Below, piece after piece: positions 8,092-17,240 of a stretch of DNA of 32,967 bases. Both the position numbers and the translations under genes were made by a program. The notes under the pieces were generated by a model. The model saw only the letters and a program-made list of their open reading frames with translations. It searched no databases and was not told where the DNA came from. The stretch comes from Myxococcales bacterium (GTDB taxonomy: Bacteria; Myxococcota_A; UBA9042; JABWCM01; BTVJ01). Within the stretch, counting starts at the first letter, position 1. Each line of letters starts with the position of its first letter. The DNA lies in contig BTVJ01000086.1 in NCBI GenBank assembly GCA_045863395.1, positions 1-32,967 on the forward strand. The letters run 5' to 3'.

Positions 8092-9774
8092 ATGCGATTT
8101 TGCCCCGAGTGCAGCCAGCGAACCGAGTCCTTGGCGTGCCCCGCCGACGGGACCCCCACCCTCGACGAAGCCCCCTTCACGGCCGACCGGGACCCGCTCG
8201 TCGGCCAGACCTTCGACGGGCGCTTCGAGGTCCTCGCGCGCATCGGCAAGGGCGGCATGGGCAGCGTCTACCGCGCCCGCCAGCTCAGCATGGGCCGCGA
8301 GGTGGCCCTCAAGGTGCTGAACCCCGGCCTGACCGGCGATGCGGAGGCCGCGGGGCGATTCGTTCGCGAGGCCAAGGTCGCCAGCCGCCTCCGCCACACG
8401 AACACCATCGTCCTCTACGACTTCGGGCAGGCCCCCGAGGGCCTCTACATGGCCATGGAGCTGCTGGATGGGGAGACCCTGACCAGCCGAATCCGCTCCC
8501 GCGGCTGCCTGACCCCGCAGGAGGCCGCCCGCATCGCATCGGCGATCGCTCGCTCCCTGTCGGAGGCCCACGCCCAGGGCATCGTCCACCGCGACCTGAA
8601 GTCCGACAACATCTACCTCCACCGGGAGCACGGCGGCGGTGAGGTGGTGAAGGTCCTCGACTTCGGCATCGCCAAGTTCGTGCAGGAGCAGATCTCCCGC
8701 ACGCAGAGCGCCGTCTTCGAGACCAACCGCCCGATCATCGCGGGCACCATCGGCTACCTGTCACCGGAGCAGGGCCGCGGCGCCCCCATCGACGGGCGCG
8801 CGGACCTCTACGCCCTGGGCGTCATCATGTACCGCATGTTGACGGGGACGCTGCCGTTCAACGCCGACACGCCCATCGCGCTCCTGCGCCTCCACATCGA
8901 GGAGCTGGCGCCGGATCTCCCACCAGCGATTCCAGAACCACTGCGTGATCTGGTGCGGCGCATGCTGGCCAAGCGCCCCGAGGACCGGCCCCCTACCGCA
9001 GACGCGGTGGCCGACGCCCTGGACGCGTTCGTGAAGGGCCCCCAGGCGTCGGCGCCTGCCTTGACGGCGGCGGCCGCAGACATGCACGCGGTAGCCACCC
9101 GCATCGCCTCCGCGGACAACCCCTTCGGCACCGATCCCCACGGCGACACCGCCCACGTGCCCCGCTCCCCTGGCATGGCGCCCGGCGAGACCGCGGCCAT
9201 GCCGTGGGACACACAGCTCCACGCCTCGATGGTGACCCGGCCGTGGCAGCGCAAGGAGCGCTCCGAGGAGCCGGCGCCCCGGTCGGTGGTGGGCCCGCTC
9301 CTCGGCCTCCTGCTCTTCATGGGCCTGCTGGGCGTGGCGGGCTGGTACGGGTACCAGGCGTACTTCGGTCGAGGCACCTGCGGCCCCGGCCTGTACGAGA
9401 CCTGCCGCGTCGAGTGCGAGGGCGGCAACGCGGAGGCCTGCCAGGTCCTCGCGGGCATGGTGGCGCGGGGGGAGGGGACGACGGCCGACCCCGCCCGCGC
9501 CGTCTCGCTTCAGGTCAAGGCCTGCGAGGGCGGCATCGGCGCCGCCTGCCGGGATGCGGGAAACGCCTACGCCACCCCAACAGGGGTGACGCGCGATCTG
9601 ACGAGAGCCGCCGAGCTCCTGCGCAAGGGCTGTGACGCCGGCGACGGCGAGTCCTGCGCCGAGCTGGCCGAGCAGGTGGAGCGGGGGCGCGGCGTCAAGA
9701 AAGACAGGGACGACGCCATCGCCCTGCGCGCCAAGGCCTGCAAGGCGGGGGTGAAGGCGTCCTGCGACCGGTGA
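8092..9774 (+). CDS. Membrane Ser/Thr protein kinase with N-terminal Zn-ribbon-like motif and C-terminal SEL1-like repeats
   Basis: GKGGMGSVY, VALK, HRDLKSDN, DFGIAK, GT..YLSPEQ, DLYALG. One TM segment (LLGLLLFMGLLGVAGWYGY). Cys-paired KACEGG/KGCDAG repeats follow. Confidence 0.93.
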   Translation: MRFCPECSQRTESLACPADGTPTLDEAPFTADRDPLVGQTFDGRFEVLARIGKGGMGSVYRARQLSMGREVALKVLNPGLTGDAEAAGRFVREAKVASRLRHTNTIVLYDFGQAPEGLYMAMELLDGETLTSRIRSRGCLTPQEAARIASAIARSLSEAHAQGIVHRDLKSDNIYLHREHGGGEVVKVLDFGIAKFVQEQISRTQSAVFETNRPIIAGTIGYLSPEQGRGAPIDGRADLYALGVIMYRMLTGTLPFNADTPIALLRLHIEELAPDLPPAIPEPLRDLVRRMLAKRPEDRPPTADAVADALDAFVKGPQASAPALTAAAADMHAVATRIASADNPFGTDPHGDTAHVPRSPGMAPGETAAMPWDTQLHASMVTRPWQRKERSEEPAPRSVVGPLLGLLLFMGLLGVAGWYGYQAYFGRGTCGPGLYETCRVECEGGNAEACQVLAGMVARGEGTTADPARAVSLQVKACEGGIGAACRDAGNAYATPTGVTRDLTRAAELLRKGCDAGDGESCAELAEQVERGRGVKKDRDDAIALRAKACKAGVKASCDR

Positions 9775-9835
9775 TGCCCCTTGTGGCGGTGGCGGGGACG
9801 TGGCACCTTCCCATCATCGCAACCGGGAGCGCCCC

Positions 9836-11380
9836 ATGAAGCCCACCGTCATCCTGCGAGCCTGTGCCGACTACGACGCCGAGCGCATCCGCCGCATCGT
9901 CGGCGAGGGCCTGGACACCCTGGGGCTCAAGCCCCGCGGCCGCACCCTGGTCAAGCCCAACGTGGTCGCCTCGGGGGAGCTCTTCCCCCACGCCTACACC
10001 CGCCCGGAGGTCGTCGAGGGGGTGCTCCGCGCCCTGCGGGACCGCGCCGGGGCGGACCTGAAGGAGCTGGCCGTCGGCGAGCGCTGCGGCATCACGGTGC
10101 CCACCCGCTACTCCTTCAAAGAGGCGGGCTACTTCGACATGCTCGACCGGGTGCGCGCGGAGGCCTACTGCTTCGAGGAGCAGAAGCAGGTGGAGATCCC
10201 CCTCTACCACGCCGGCCGTCTCCGAGACTCCTTCTTCACGCCCGAGCCCGTCGCCCGCGCCGACTTCTTCGTGAACGTGCCCAAGTTCAAGGCCCACCCG
10301 TGGACCACGGTCACGTTCAGCATGAAGAACTACATCGGGATCCAGGACGACCGGCACCGCCTCATCGACCACGACCACAAGCTCGACGAGAAGGTGGCGG
10401 ACCTCCAGTACATCATCCAGCCCCAGCTCGTGGTCATCGACGCCATCACGGCGGGCGAGGGGCGCATGCTGACGCCCATCCCGTTCCCGCTGGGGCTCAT
10501 CATCATGGGCGACAACCAGGTGGCGGTGGACGCGGTCTGCTGCGCCATCATCGGGGTGGATCCAGATACGGTGGCCCACATCCGCCTCGCCGCTGACCGG
10601 GGCTTCGGCCCCACGAGTCTCGGCGACATCCGCATGGTGGGCGACGTGTCCCTGGACGAGGCGAAGGAGCGGGCGAGCGGGTTCCGGGTGGGGCTCATCC
10701 GGGTGGAGGACTACTTCAAGGGCACCCACATCCGGGCCCACGCGGGGCCTCCACCGGGCGGCTCCGGGGGCGATTACTGCTGGGGCGGCTGCCCGGGCGC
10801 CATGGAGGAGGCCATCGAGATCCTGCGGGTCTACGACGCCGCCTGCGACGAGAAGATGCCGCGCATGCACGTGGTGTTCGGCTCCTACGACGGGCCCATC
10901 GACGCGAAGCCCGGCGAGAAGATCGTGTTCATGGGAGACTGCGCCACCTACCACGGGTTCGCGGCGGGGAGGCGCCTGGACCTGGAGAGCCTCTACGTGG
11001 ACCGCAGCGAGAAGAGCGTCTACGACGCCAGCGCCGACGACATCTACGTGAAGATGGCCAAAGTGGGGTGGAAGCTCTGGCAGGGGCGCAACGAGGACGT
11101 GCTCCGCATGCCCGGCTGCCCGGTGAGCGTCGCGGAGCAGGCGCTGCTGCTCATCCGCCTGGCGCGCATGTCCAACCCGTTCCTGGACCCGTCCTACGCC
11201 TTCAGCTTCAGCCACTCCTACCTGTCGTGGCGCACGAGGACGGCCCTGAAGCGCATCTTTGGCGAGCCGTATCAGCAGGCGGGGCCCAGCGTGCGGGGGG
11301 CGGCGCGGCCGGCGCAGAGCCTGCCGCCTGCGGGAGTCGCGGCGCCCCTCGAAGGGCTCAGAACAGGATCCCCACCGTGA
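9836..11380 (+). CDS. DUF362-domain putative Fe-S protein
   Basis: LVKPNVV, TRPEVV, NVPKFKAH..VTFSMKNYIG, VIDAITAGEG, VAVDAV; C-terminal Cys motifs CWGGC, MGDCA, PGCP. Confidence 0.8.
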   Translation: MKPTVILRACADYDAERIRRIVGEGLDTLGLKPRGRTLVKPNVVASGELFPHAYTRPEVVEGVLRALRDRAGADLKELAVGERCGITVPTRYSFKEAGYFDMLDRVRAEAYCFEEQKQVEIPLYHAGRLRDSFFTPEPVARADFFVNVPKFKAHPWTTVTFSMKNYIGIQDDRHRLIDHDHKLDEKVADLQYIIQPQLVVIDAITAGEGRMLTPIPFPLGLIIMGDNQVAVDAVCCAIIGVDPDTVAHIRLAADRGFGPTSLGDIRMVGDVSLDEAKERASGFRVGLIRVEDYFKGTHIRAHAGPPPGGSGGDYCWGGCPGAMEEAIEILRVYDAACDEKMPRMHVVFGSYDGPIDAKPGEKIVFMGDCATYHGFAAGRRLDLESLYVDRSEKSVYDASADDIYVKMAKVGWKLWQGRNEDVLRMPGCPVSVAEQALLLIRLARMSNPFLDPSYAFSFSHSYLSWRTRTALKRIFGEPYQQAGPSVRGAARPAQSLPPAGVAAPLEGLRTGSPP

Positions 11381-12311
11381 ACGTCGGCACCACCACGTAG
11401 GCGTCGCTGGTCTTGCGCTCGATGGTCGTCCCGTCACTCCAGTCGAAGTGGGTCTGGCCCTCCAGCACGTAGGTGGGGAGGAGGACGTCCACCCCCACCA
11501 CCATGCGCACCGCGTGCAGCCGGAAGGCCTCCACGCCGCCCGAGAGCATGACGTGGGCGCCGAACTCGGAGTCGTGGTCTTCGGCCCCGATCAGAGAGAT
11601 GCCGAGGCCCCCGCCCAGATAGCCGCTCGTGTCCGACTCGCTGAACAGGTAGTGGGCGCGCACGGTGGCCTCGAAGGTGCCCGCGTCCTCGGAGCCACCG
11701 CCGCCGAGGCTCACGCCGAAGTTGACGTGGGGCAGCTCGTAGTAGAAGCGGAAGGTCGCGCCGTAGAGCCCGGGGATCTTCGCCAGATCGCCGGCGCCAG
11801 CGCCCGCGAACACCGAGACGCCCCAGAGAAACTCGCCCGGCTTCTTGGAGTAGGGCTGAGACTCGCTCTCGGTGAGCGTTGAGACGAGCTGACCCTCGGT
11901 GATCGGGACCCCTTTGAGCACGGACTGCGTCAGTCGCCCGAGGGAGCGCGCGCTGTCTCGCTCGGTCTGGATCATGAGGCTCGCGCGGCGGAGCGTCGCG
12001 CCGTCTGCCAGGGCGACCTCCTCGAGGGACGCGAGGACCGCCTCGCTCAGCGGGGCCAGGTGCAGCACGAAGAGGCGGCCGGCGCCCGCCTCGGTCGCGA
12101 TCGGACGTGCCTGCGTGGCGGTGGCGGGCTGCCGCAGCCCCTCGGGGTCCATCGTCGAGACCCCCTCGTCGGCCAGCGCCTGGAGGGTCAGCACCTGGAG
12201 CGCGCGCGCCGCCACCATGTCGGCGGGAGCGTCGACCGCGACGACGGCGGTCTGGGCGTGGGCGGCGGCAGCAAAGAGAGCGAGGAAGAGCGTGAATACG
12301 GTGGTCTTCAT
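11358..12311 (-). CDS. Exported protein with C-terminal outer-membrane beta-barrel-like domain
   Basis: Signal peptide MKTTVFTLFLALFAAAAHA|Q; alternating-pattern strands (YLGGGLGISL, FGAHVMLSGGVE); terminal Phe (TVGILF). Confidence 0.7.
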   Translation of the reverse strand: MKTTVFTLFLALFAAAAHAQTAVVAVDAPADMVAARALQVLTLQALADEGVSTMDPEGLRQPATATQARPIATEAGAGRLFVLHLAPLSEAVLASLEEVALADGATLRRASLMIQTERDSARSLGRLTQSVLKGVPITEGQLVSTLTESESQPYSKKPGEFLWGVSVFAGAGAGDLAKIPGLYGATFRFYYELPHVNFGVSLGGGGSEDAGTFEATVRAHYLFSESDTSGYLGGGLGISLIGAEDHDSEFGAHVMLSGGVEAFRLHAVRMVVGVDVLLPTYVLEGQTHFDWSDGTTIERKTSDAYVVVPTFTVGILF

Positions 12312-12363
12312 GGTCGTTCCTGCTTGGTTTGGACGTTGGCTCTCGTGTCTCGCCTGCCTCCTT

Positions 12364-12379
12364 TGCACACCTCGTGCCA
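12364..12379 (-). promoter_or_regulatory. sigma54 (RpoN) -24/-12 promoter
   Basis: Minus strand reads TGGCACG-AGGT-GTGCA (GG-N10-GC), about 52 nt upstream of ATG 12311, in an intergenic region. Confidence 0.65.
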
Positions 12380-12569
12380 CGTTCCGACCAATGAGTCGGT
12401 TCGTGGGCGTCTAGCACAGACACCGCTCTTGTTTCAGTAGGTTATGTGTTTGCGCGGGGAGGTGGGACGTCCGTGGGTCCCTGTGACAGCGAGATCACAC
12501 CCCCACGGGTCATGTCAGGGTGGTGTGTGTCTGCTCCGCACCTGCGCACGGGTGCTCCACGCCCCCTCC

Positions 12570-14480
12570 TCAGGGGGTGAGAAGCGGATTGCGCACCAGC
12601 GCGAAGACGGCTTCCGGGTTGCGGAGCGCCTCCAGGTTGCGGATGGGACGCCCGTTGAGCGCGTCCTGGGCCGCGCGCTCGGAACGCTTGCCGTTGTGGG
12701 TGGTGGGCAGCTCCTCCACCGGGGCGATGACCGCGGGGACGTGGGCGAGGGAGCAGCGCTCCTTGATCTGGCGCTTGATGCGCAGGGTGAGAGGGCGGTC
12801 GAGGGTGACGCCCTGGGCGAGCACCACCAGCAGGACGATGCGCCGCTCGCCCCGGTCGCCGCCAGTCTCCTGGTCCACGGCCATGGCCTCGGCGATCTCG
12901 GGGAGGTCGCGCAGGGCGTCGTAGATCTCCGCGGGCCCGATGCGGATGCCGCGGATGTTCATCACCCCGTCGGAGCGCCCGAGGATGCGCGCCCCGTGAT
13001 CGCCGAGCTCCACCAGGTCGCCGTGGGTCCAGAAGCCGGGGTTCTCTGCGTAGTAGGCGGCGTGCAGGCGCGCGCCGTCCGGGTCATTCAGGAAGGCCAC
13101 CGGGCGTGAGGGGAACGGGGTGGCGCAGAGCAGCTCGCCGCGGCCAACCCGCAAGGGGCCGCCGGGGCCGAGGGCCCGCAGGTCGAAGCCCAGGCCCGCG
13201 CAGGGGCTCGTGCCGCGCCACACGGGGAGGAGCGGGCTCCCCAGCACGAAGCAGCCGATGAGATCCGTGCCGCCCGACACGCTGTAGAGGGGCACGTCAC
13301 CGAGCTGCTCCCGGACCCAGTCGAAGTGGGCGGGCGGGAGCACCGAGCCCGTGGACTGCACCTGGCGCAGGCGCGGAAGGGCGGGCGCCGAGACTCCCGC
13401 GTCGCGCTGGAGCTGGATCCACGGGGGGCTCGTGCCGAACACCGTGACCTCGTGGTCGGCGAGCACATGGAGCAGCGAGTCGGTCCGGGGGTAGGCGGCG
13501 GACCCCTCGCGCACCACGATCTCGACCCCCGACGCGAGGGCCGAGAGCTGCCAGTTCCACATCATCCAGCCGGTGGAGGTCTGGAAGAGGAGCCGGTCGC
13601 CGGGGCCCAGATCGGCGTGGAGGCGGTGCTCCTTGACGTGCCCGAGCAGCGTGCCGCCGTGGCCGTGGACGATGCACTTGGGCTTGCCGGTGGTGCCCGA
13701 CGAGAAGAGCACGAAGAGCGGGTGGTCGAAGGGCAGGCGGACCCATGGAGTCGATGAGGGCGGCGTCGCGAGCAGGTCTGCGAGGGCGTGGGAGGCGACG
13801 CCCAGGTCCGCGACCGGGCGCTGGAAGGCGACGGCTGCCCGGAGGGGGAGGGCGCCGGCGACGGCGCGCACCAGGTCGTCGAGCGGCCTGCCGGCGCCCT
13901 GGTAGACGAGCTCCGCGTCGTAGAAGAGCAGGGCAGGGCGCACCTGCTCGAAGCGGCTCAGGATGGCCGAGGCGCCGAGGTCAGGGGAGACGGACGACCA
14001 GGCGGCCCCTACGCAGGCGGCGGCGAGGCTGGCGACGATGGGGTCGGCGGTGTTGCGCGCGATCGCGGCCACCCGGTCGCCGGGGCCGATGCCGAGGGAG
14101 CGGAGCGCGGCGGCCAGGCGCGCGACCCGGTCGCGCAGCGTGTCTGTGTCGACGCGCTCGACGACCCCGCCCTCGTCCAGCGACAAGACGGAGCCGCCAC
14201 CGCTGAGCAGCGCCTCGGCGTAGTTCAGCCGCACGCCCGGGAAGAAGCGCGCGGTCTCGACGGTGCCCTCGGTGCAGGCGGGGCGGGGGTCGCCCTCGAA
14301 GGGCAGGGCGGCCCACTCCAGGAGCAGCCCCCAGAAGCGGCCGACGTCCTCGATGGAGAAGGCGTGGAGCGCCCGGTGGTCGGGTAGGGGCACTCCCGTG
14401 CGTCCCTCGCAGAAGCGGGCGAGGGCGGCGAGCCGAGAGGCGGCGGCACGGACCGGGTCGGGGACGTGCAGGGGACTCAT
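12570..14480 (-). CDS. Acetoacetate-CoA ligase-like AMP-forming acyl-CoA synthetase
   Basis: FFPGVRLNYAE, FSSGTTGKPKCIVH, LLGHVKEHRLH, TGWMMWNW, SVSGGTD, HGD, GRSDGVMN, GIRIGPAEIY. The start overlaps the ACP stop (ATGA, 14477-14480). Confidence 0.9.
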   Translation of the reverse strand: MSPLHVPDPVRAAASRLAALARFCEGRTGVPLPDHRALHAFSIEDVGRFWGLLLEWAALPFEGDPRPACTEGTVETARFFPGVRLNYAEALLSGGGSVLSLDEGGVVERVDTDTLRDRVARLAAALRSLGIGPGDRVAAIARNTADPIVASLAAACVGAAWSSVSPDLGASAILSRFEQVRPALLFYDAELVYQGAGRPLDDLVRAVAGALPLRAAVAFQRPVADLGVASHALADLLATPPSSTPWVRLPFDHPLFVLFSSGTTGKPKCIVHGHGGTLLGHVKEHRLHADLGPGDRLLFQTSTGWMMWNWQLSALASGVEIVVREGSAAYPRTDSLLHVLADHEVTVFGTSPPWIQLQRDAGVSAPALPRLRQVQSTGSVLPPAHFDWVREQLGDVPLYSVSGGTDLIGCFVLGSPLLPVWRGTSPCAGLGFDLRALGPGGPLRVGRGELLCATPFPSRPVAFLNDPDGARLHAAYYAENPGFWTHGDLVELGDHGARILGRSDGVMNIRGIRIGPAEIYDALRDLPEIAEAMAVDQETGGDRGERRIVLLVVLAQGVTLDRPLTLRIKRQIKERCSLAHVPAVIAPVEELPTTHNGKRSERAAQDALNGRPIRNLEALRNPEAVFALVRNPLLTP

Positions 14481-14740
14481 GCGGGGCCGCCCACCTCGGC
14501 GACGCGCGCCAGGATGCGCCCGAGGGTGCCGAAGTTGTCGCGCGTCAGCGAGGCGCGGTCGAGCTGGATGCGAAGGGTCTCCTCCAGCCACAGGACCAGG
14601 GCGACGAACCCCACCGAATCGAGGATGCCCGTGTCGAGCCACGACATCTCGTCGCTCGTGACCAGCGACCGGGCGTCGCCGAAGTGGTAGTTGTCGTCCA
14701 GCCAGTCCAGGATGCTCTCGCGCAGGGCGTCTCGGGTCAC
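14477..14740 (-). CDS. Acyl carrier protein (DltC-like)
   Basis: 87 aa, acidic, with the GILDSVGFVALV phosphopantetheine-attachment motif; RBS AGGAGGA before the GTG start. Confidence 0.88.
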   Translation of the reverse strand: MTRDALRESILDWLDDNYHFGDARSLVTSDEMSWLDTGILDSVGFVALVLWLEETLRIQLDRASLTRDNFGTLGRILARVAEVGGPA

Positions 14741-14844
14741 GGGTCCTCCTTGCTCTGAGTGGGGGTACGAACTCGAAGCTCATAGATCGTCGCGCGGCGT
14801 TGCGCAAGCTCCCGCGAGGGGTCCGGGCGCCGGCGGTGGGCACG

Positions 14845-17040
14845 CTAGTCCAACGCGACGCCCGGCTCCACCTCGATGCCGAGGTCGCTCAGGGCGAGGA
14901 GCAGGTCCTCGACCTTGTCCTCGTCCACGACGTAGACGTGGGGGCCCAGCAACCCCCGGACCGCGCGGCGGACGGTGGGGATGGCGAGCAGGTCCTGAGC
15001 CAGTTGGGCGTTGTGGAGCTTCACGACGGTCAGGGTCGCGAGCCCCGGCGGCTTCACCTCGCCGCTGTGGCCCATGACCCGCGCGCGGACGCTCCGGGGC
15101 ACCTTGCCGATGACGCGGAGGTCCAGGGTGGCGAGGAGGTCCGCCGCCGGGCGCCTCGAGCGGCGGATGGTGTCGCGGTCGAGGCGCCAGCCGCCCGCGT
15201 CGGGAACGGCGACGGACCGCAGGGTCGCGTCGAGCGCAAGGTCGGCGGTGGGTGCGTGGACGTGGATCCGCCCGCTGTCGTCGAAGCTGAGGCTACGTGT
15301 TGGCGGAGCGGCGTAGTCGATGACGGTGCCCCCCTTGGCCGGCGCCGACACGAGGCCGAAGCGGTCGCCGACGGGGAGGGGGCCCACGTCTCCATCGGTG
15401 CGCTCACCCGTGATCTCGACGAGGTCGTGGCCCAGGTACAGGGTGACGGCGCCCACGCGCCGGGCCCAGTCGCGGACCGTGCGGGCCACGTTGTCGGGGA
15501 CCGGGCGCCTCGCGTGGGCCTCGAGCACGTCGAGCACGCCATCGGCGGTGGCGCCCGCGGCCATGGCGCGCAGCAGTCCGTCCTGCTCGATGCGGTAGCG
15601 CCTCACGGGGTCGCCGGGGCGCCCCTTGACGGGGGTGAGCAGCGTCTCCAGGCGCGCGAGGAGGTCCGGTGGGGCCTCGACCACCGGCGCCACCACCTCG
15701 AAGTCCGCGCCCACGATGAGGCACGGAGTCGCCGCCCTGGCGACCGGCGCCGCGCCCTGGAGCACCTCGCGCCCGAGAGGCGTGAGCCGGAACGCGACCC
15801 CGCACGTGAGGCGGCGCCACTCGGGCTTGCCGCGGTCGTAGATGGACGTGCGGAAGCCCTCGGCGAGCTGGGAGTGTCTCGATGGGCGTGTGAAGTCATG
15901 GGGCGCGGCGCCAGTGTCGCCCAGCTCCACCAGGCCCAGCGCGAAGCAGGTCCGGCCGACGAAGCACCGGACCAGCTCCTCCTGGATCGCCTGCTCGGAG
16001 GCAGTCTCCGGGCGAGCGTAGGAGGGGCGTCGGCGCCAGAAGTCTCGCTCGGTGTAGATGCCGGGGGCGAGGGTGAGCGCCAGGTCCACCAAGGCGTCGA
16101 GGTCCATCCACGAGTCGCCCTTGAGGCGACGGAGGATCCCGGTGACCACCCGGCGGGCGTTGATGAGGGACGGGAGGGGGACGATCCCGTAGGTCTCGTC
16201 GCGGCAAGCCTTCGAGGCAACGACCAGGTCGCCGAGGGGGACGTCGTCGTAGAAGCGGCTCTTGTCGGTTGCGGCAGCGAGGATGCGACGGGTGGCCTCT
16301 CCGAGGGAGGCGTCCAGGGCGTGGGCGGCCGCCTCCGTGGGTCGCAGACGGCCCGCCGAGTCCTCGACGAGGCCCAGGGCGAGCGCCAGCTCGGCCAGCA
16401 TCGGGGCGCACAGGGGGCCCTCCAGGGAGAGCTCCCGCTCGATGACGCCGAGCTGGGCGCCGGTGACCCAGCCGTCCTTGGTCAGGCGGATCGAGCGCCG
16501 GCCCGCGAGGCCCGCGAGGCCCAGGAGGGCGGCGACCGCGGCGCCGGGGGGCGCGGTCCGCGGGTTGCTTACCGAGGCCGGGACGACGGGCGCCAGGGAC
16601 TCTCTGCGCGGCTGGAGAGGACGGAGCCCTTGCGCAACGCCAGGCAGCACGTGGACGGGGTTGCGGGCCTGCTGAGGCAGCTCACCCAGGTCGAACATGA
16701 CCTCGGATCCGAGCCGCTCCAGGAGCACGAGGCCCGCGCTCGCCACGTGGCTGAACACGCCGGCCGCGTCCCGCACCCCCCGCGCGGCGGCGTCGTAGAT
16801 GAGGCCCTCCACGGTCGGTCGGGCCAGGTCCAGAGCGGTAGCCAGCAGGAGCTGGCCATCGTCGTTCAGCGTGGCGACGAGCGAGGCGACGGCGGTTGGG
16901 CGCGACATCAGCGCGGTGAGGCGCTCGACGCAGTCGCCCTTGCTCTTGATGACTCGCGGGTTGGGGACCCACGCGCCGGCCATGGAGCGCAGGGCCGCGC
17001 TGCTGTAGCAGTCCAGGAGGCGCTCCAGCGACGGCGTCAC
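14845..17040 (-). CDS. XPB-associated Helicase_C_3-domain protein (p52/Tfb2-like C-terminal half)
   Basis: FRLTPLG..LIVGADFEVV..YRIEQDGLLRAMAAGATADGVLDVLEAHARRPVPDNVARTVRDW. No ATPase motifs. The GTG start overlaps the stop of the 67-aa gene (GTGA); an alternative GTG is at 17046. Confidence 0.8.
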   Translation of the reverse strand: MTPSLERLLDCYSSAALRSMAGAWVPNPRVIKSKGDCVERLTALMSRPTAVASLVATLNDDGQLLLATALDLARPTVEGLIYDAAARGVRDAAGVFSHVASAGLVLLERLGSEVMFDLGELPQQARNPVHVLPGVAQGLRPLQPRRESLAPVVPASVSNPRTAPPGAAVAALLGLAGLAGRRSIRLTKDGWVTGAQLGVIERELSLEGPLCAPMLAELALALGLVEDSAGRLRPTEAAAHALDASLGEATRRILAAATDKSRFYDDVPLGDLVVASKACRDETYGIVPLPSLINARRVVTGILRRLKGDSWMDLDALVDLALTLAPGIYTERDFWRRRPSYARPETASEQAIQEELVRCFVGRTCFALGLVELGDTGAAPHDFTRPSRHSQLAEGFRTSIYDRGKPEWRRLTCGVAFRLTPLGREVLQGAAPVARAATPCLIVGADFEVVAPVVEAPPDLLARLETLLTPVKGRPGDPVRRYRIEQDGLLRAMAAGATADGVLDVLEAHARRPVPDNVARTVRDWARRVGAVTLYLGHDLVEITGERTDGDVGPLPVGDRFGLVSAPAKGGTVIDYAAPPTRSLSFDDSGRIHVHAPTADLALDATLRSVAVPDAGGWRLDRDTIRRSRRPAADLLATLDLRVIGKVPRSVRARVMGHSGEVKPPGLATLTVVKLHNAQLAQDLLAIPTVRRAVRGLLGPHVYVVDEDKVEDLLLALSDLGIEVEPGVALD

Positions 17041-17240
17041 GCCCACCGGCCCACCTCCTTCGGAACGTGGCCCAGCTTGCCGAGGCGCGAGAGCAGCTCG
17101 TGGTACCCCTCGCGCCGGACGCCGGCGGTGTCCTCGGCCGGGCGCGCGACCACGAGGCGGGCGATTGCAGGATCCGAGAGGAGCTGCTCCATGACTGTCG
17201 GCTCCGCACGGAACCAGAGGAGATTTCTGTGGATCTTCAT
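17037..17240 (-). CDS. 67-aa small protein, possibly p8/Tfb5-like fold
   Basis: Fills the gap between XPB and the Helicase_C_3 gene exactly, with ATGA and GTGA overlaps at the two ends. Confidence 0.8.
   Translation of the reverse strand: MKIHRNLLWFRAEPTVMEQLLSDPAIARLVVARPAEDTAGVRREGYHELLSRLGKLGHVPKEVGRWA

Noticed and set aside
5885..8320. 811-aa plus-strand ORF
   Set aside because: Antisense shadow of the IMPase-ARH gene; Arg/Gly/Pro-rich with no motifs, as expected at high GC.
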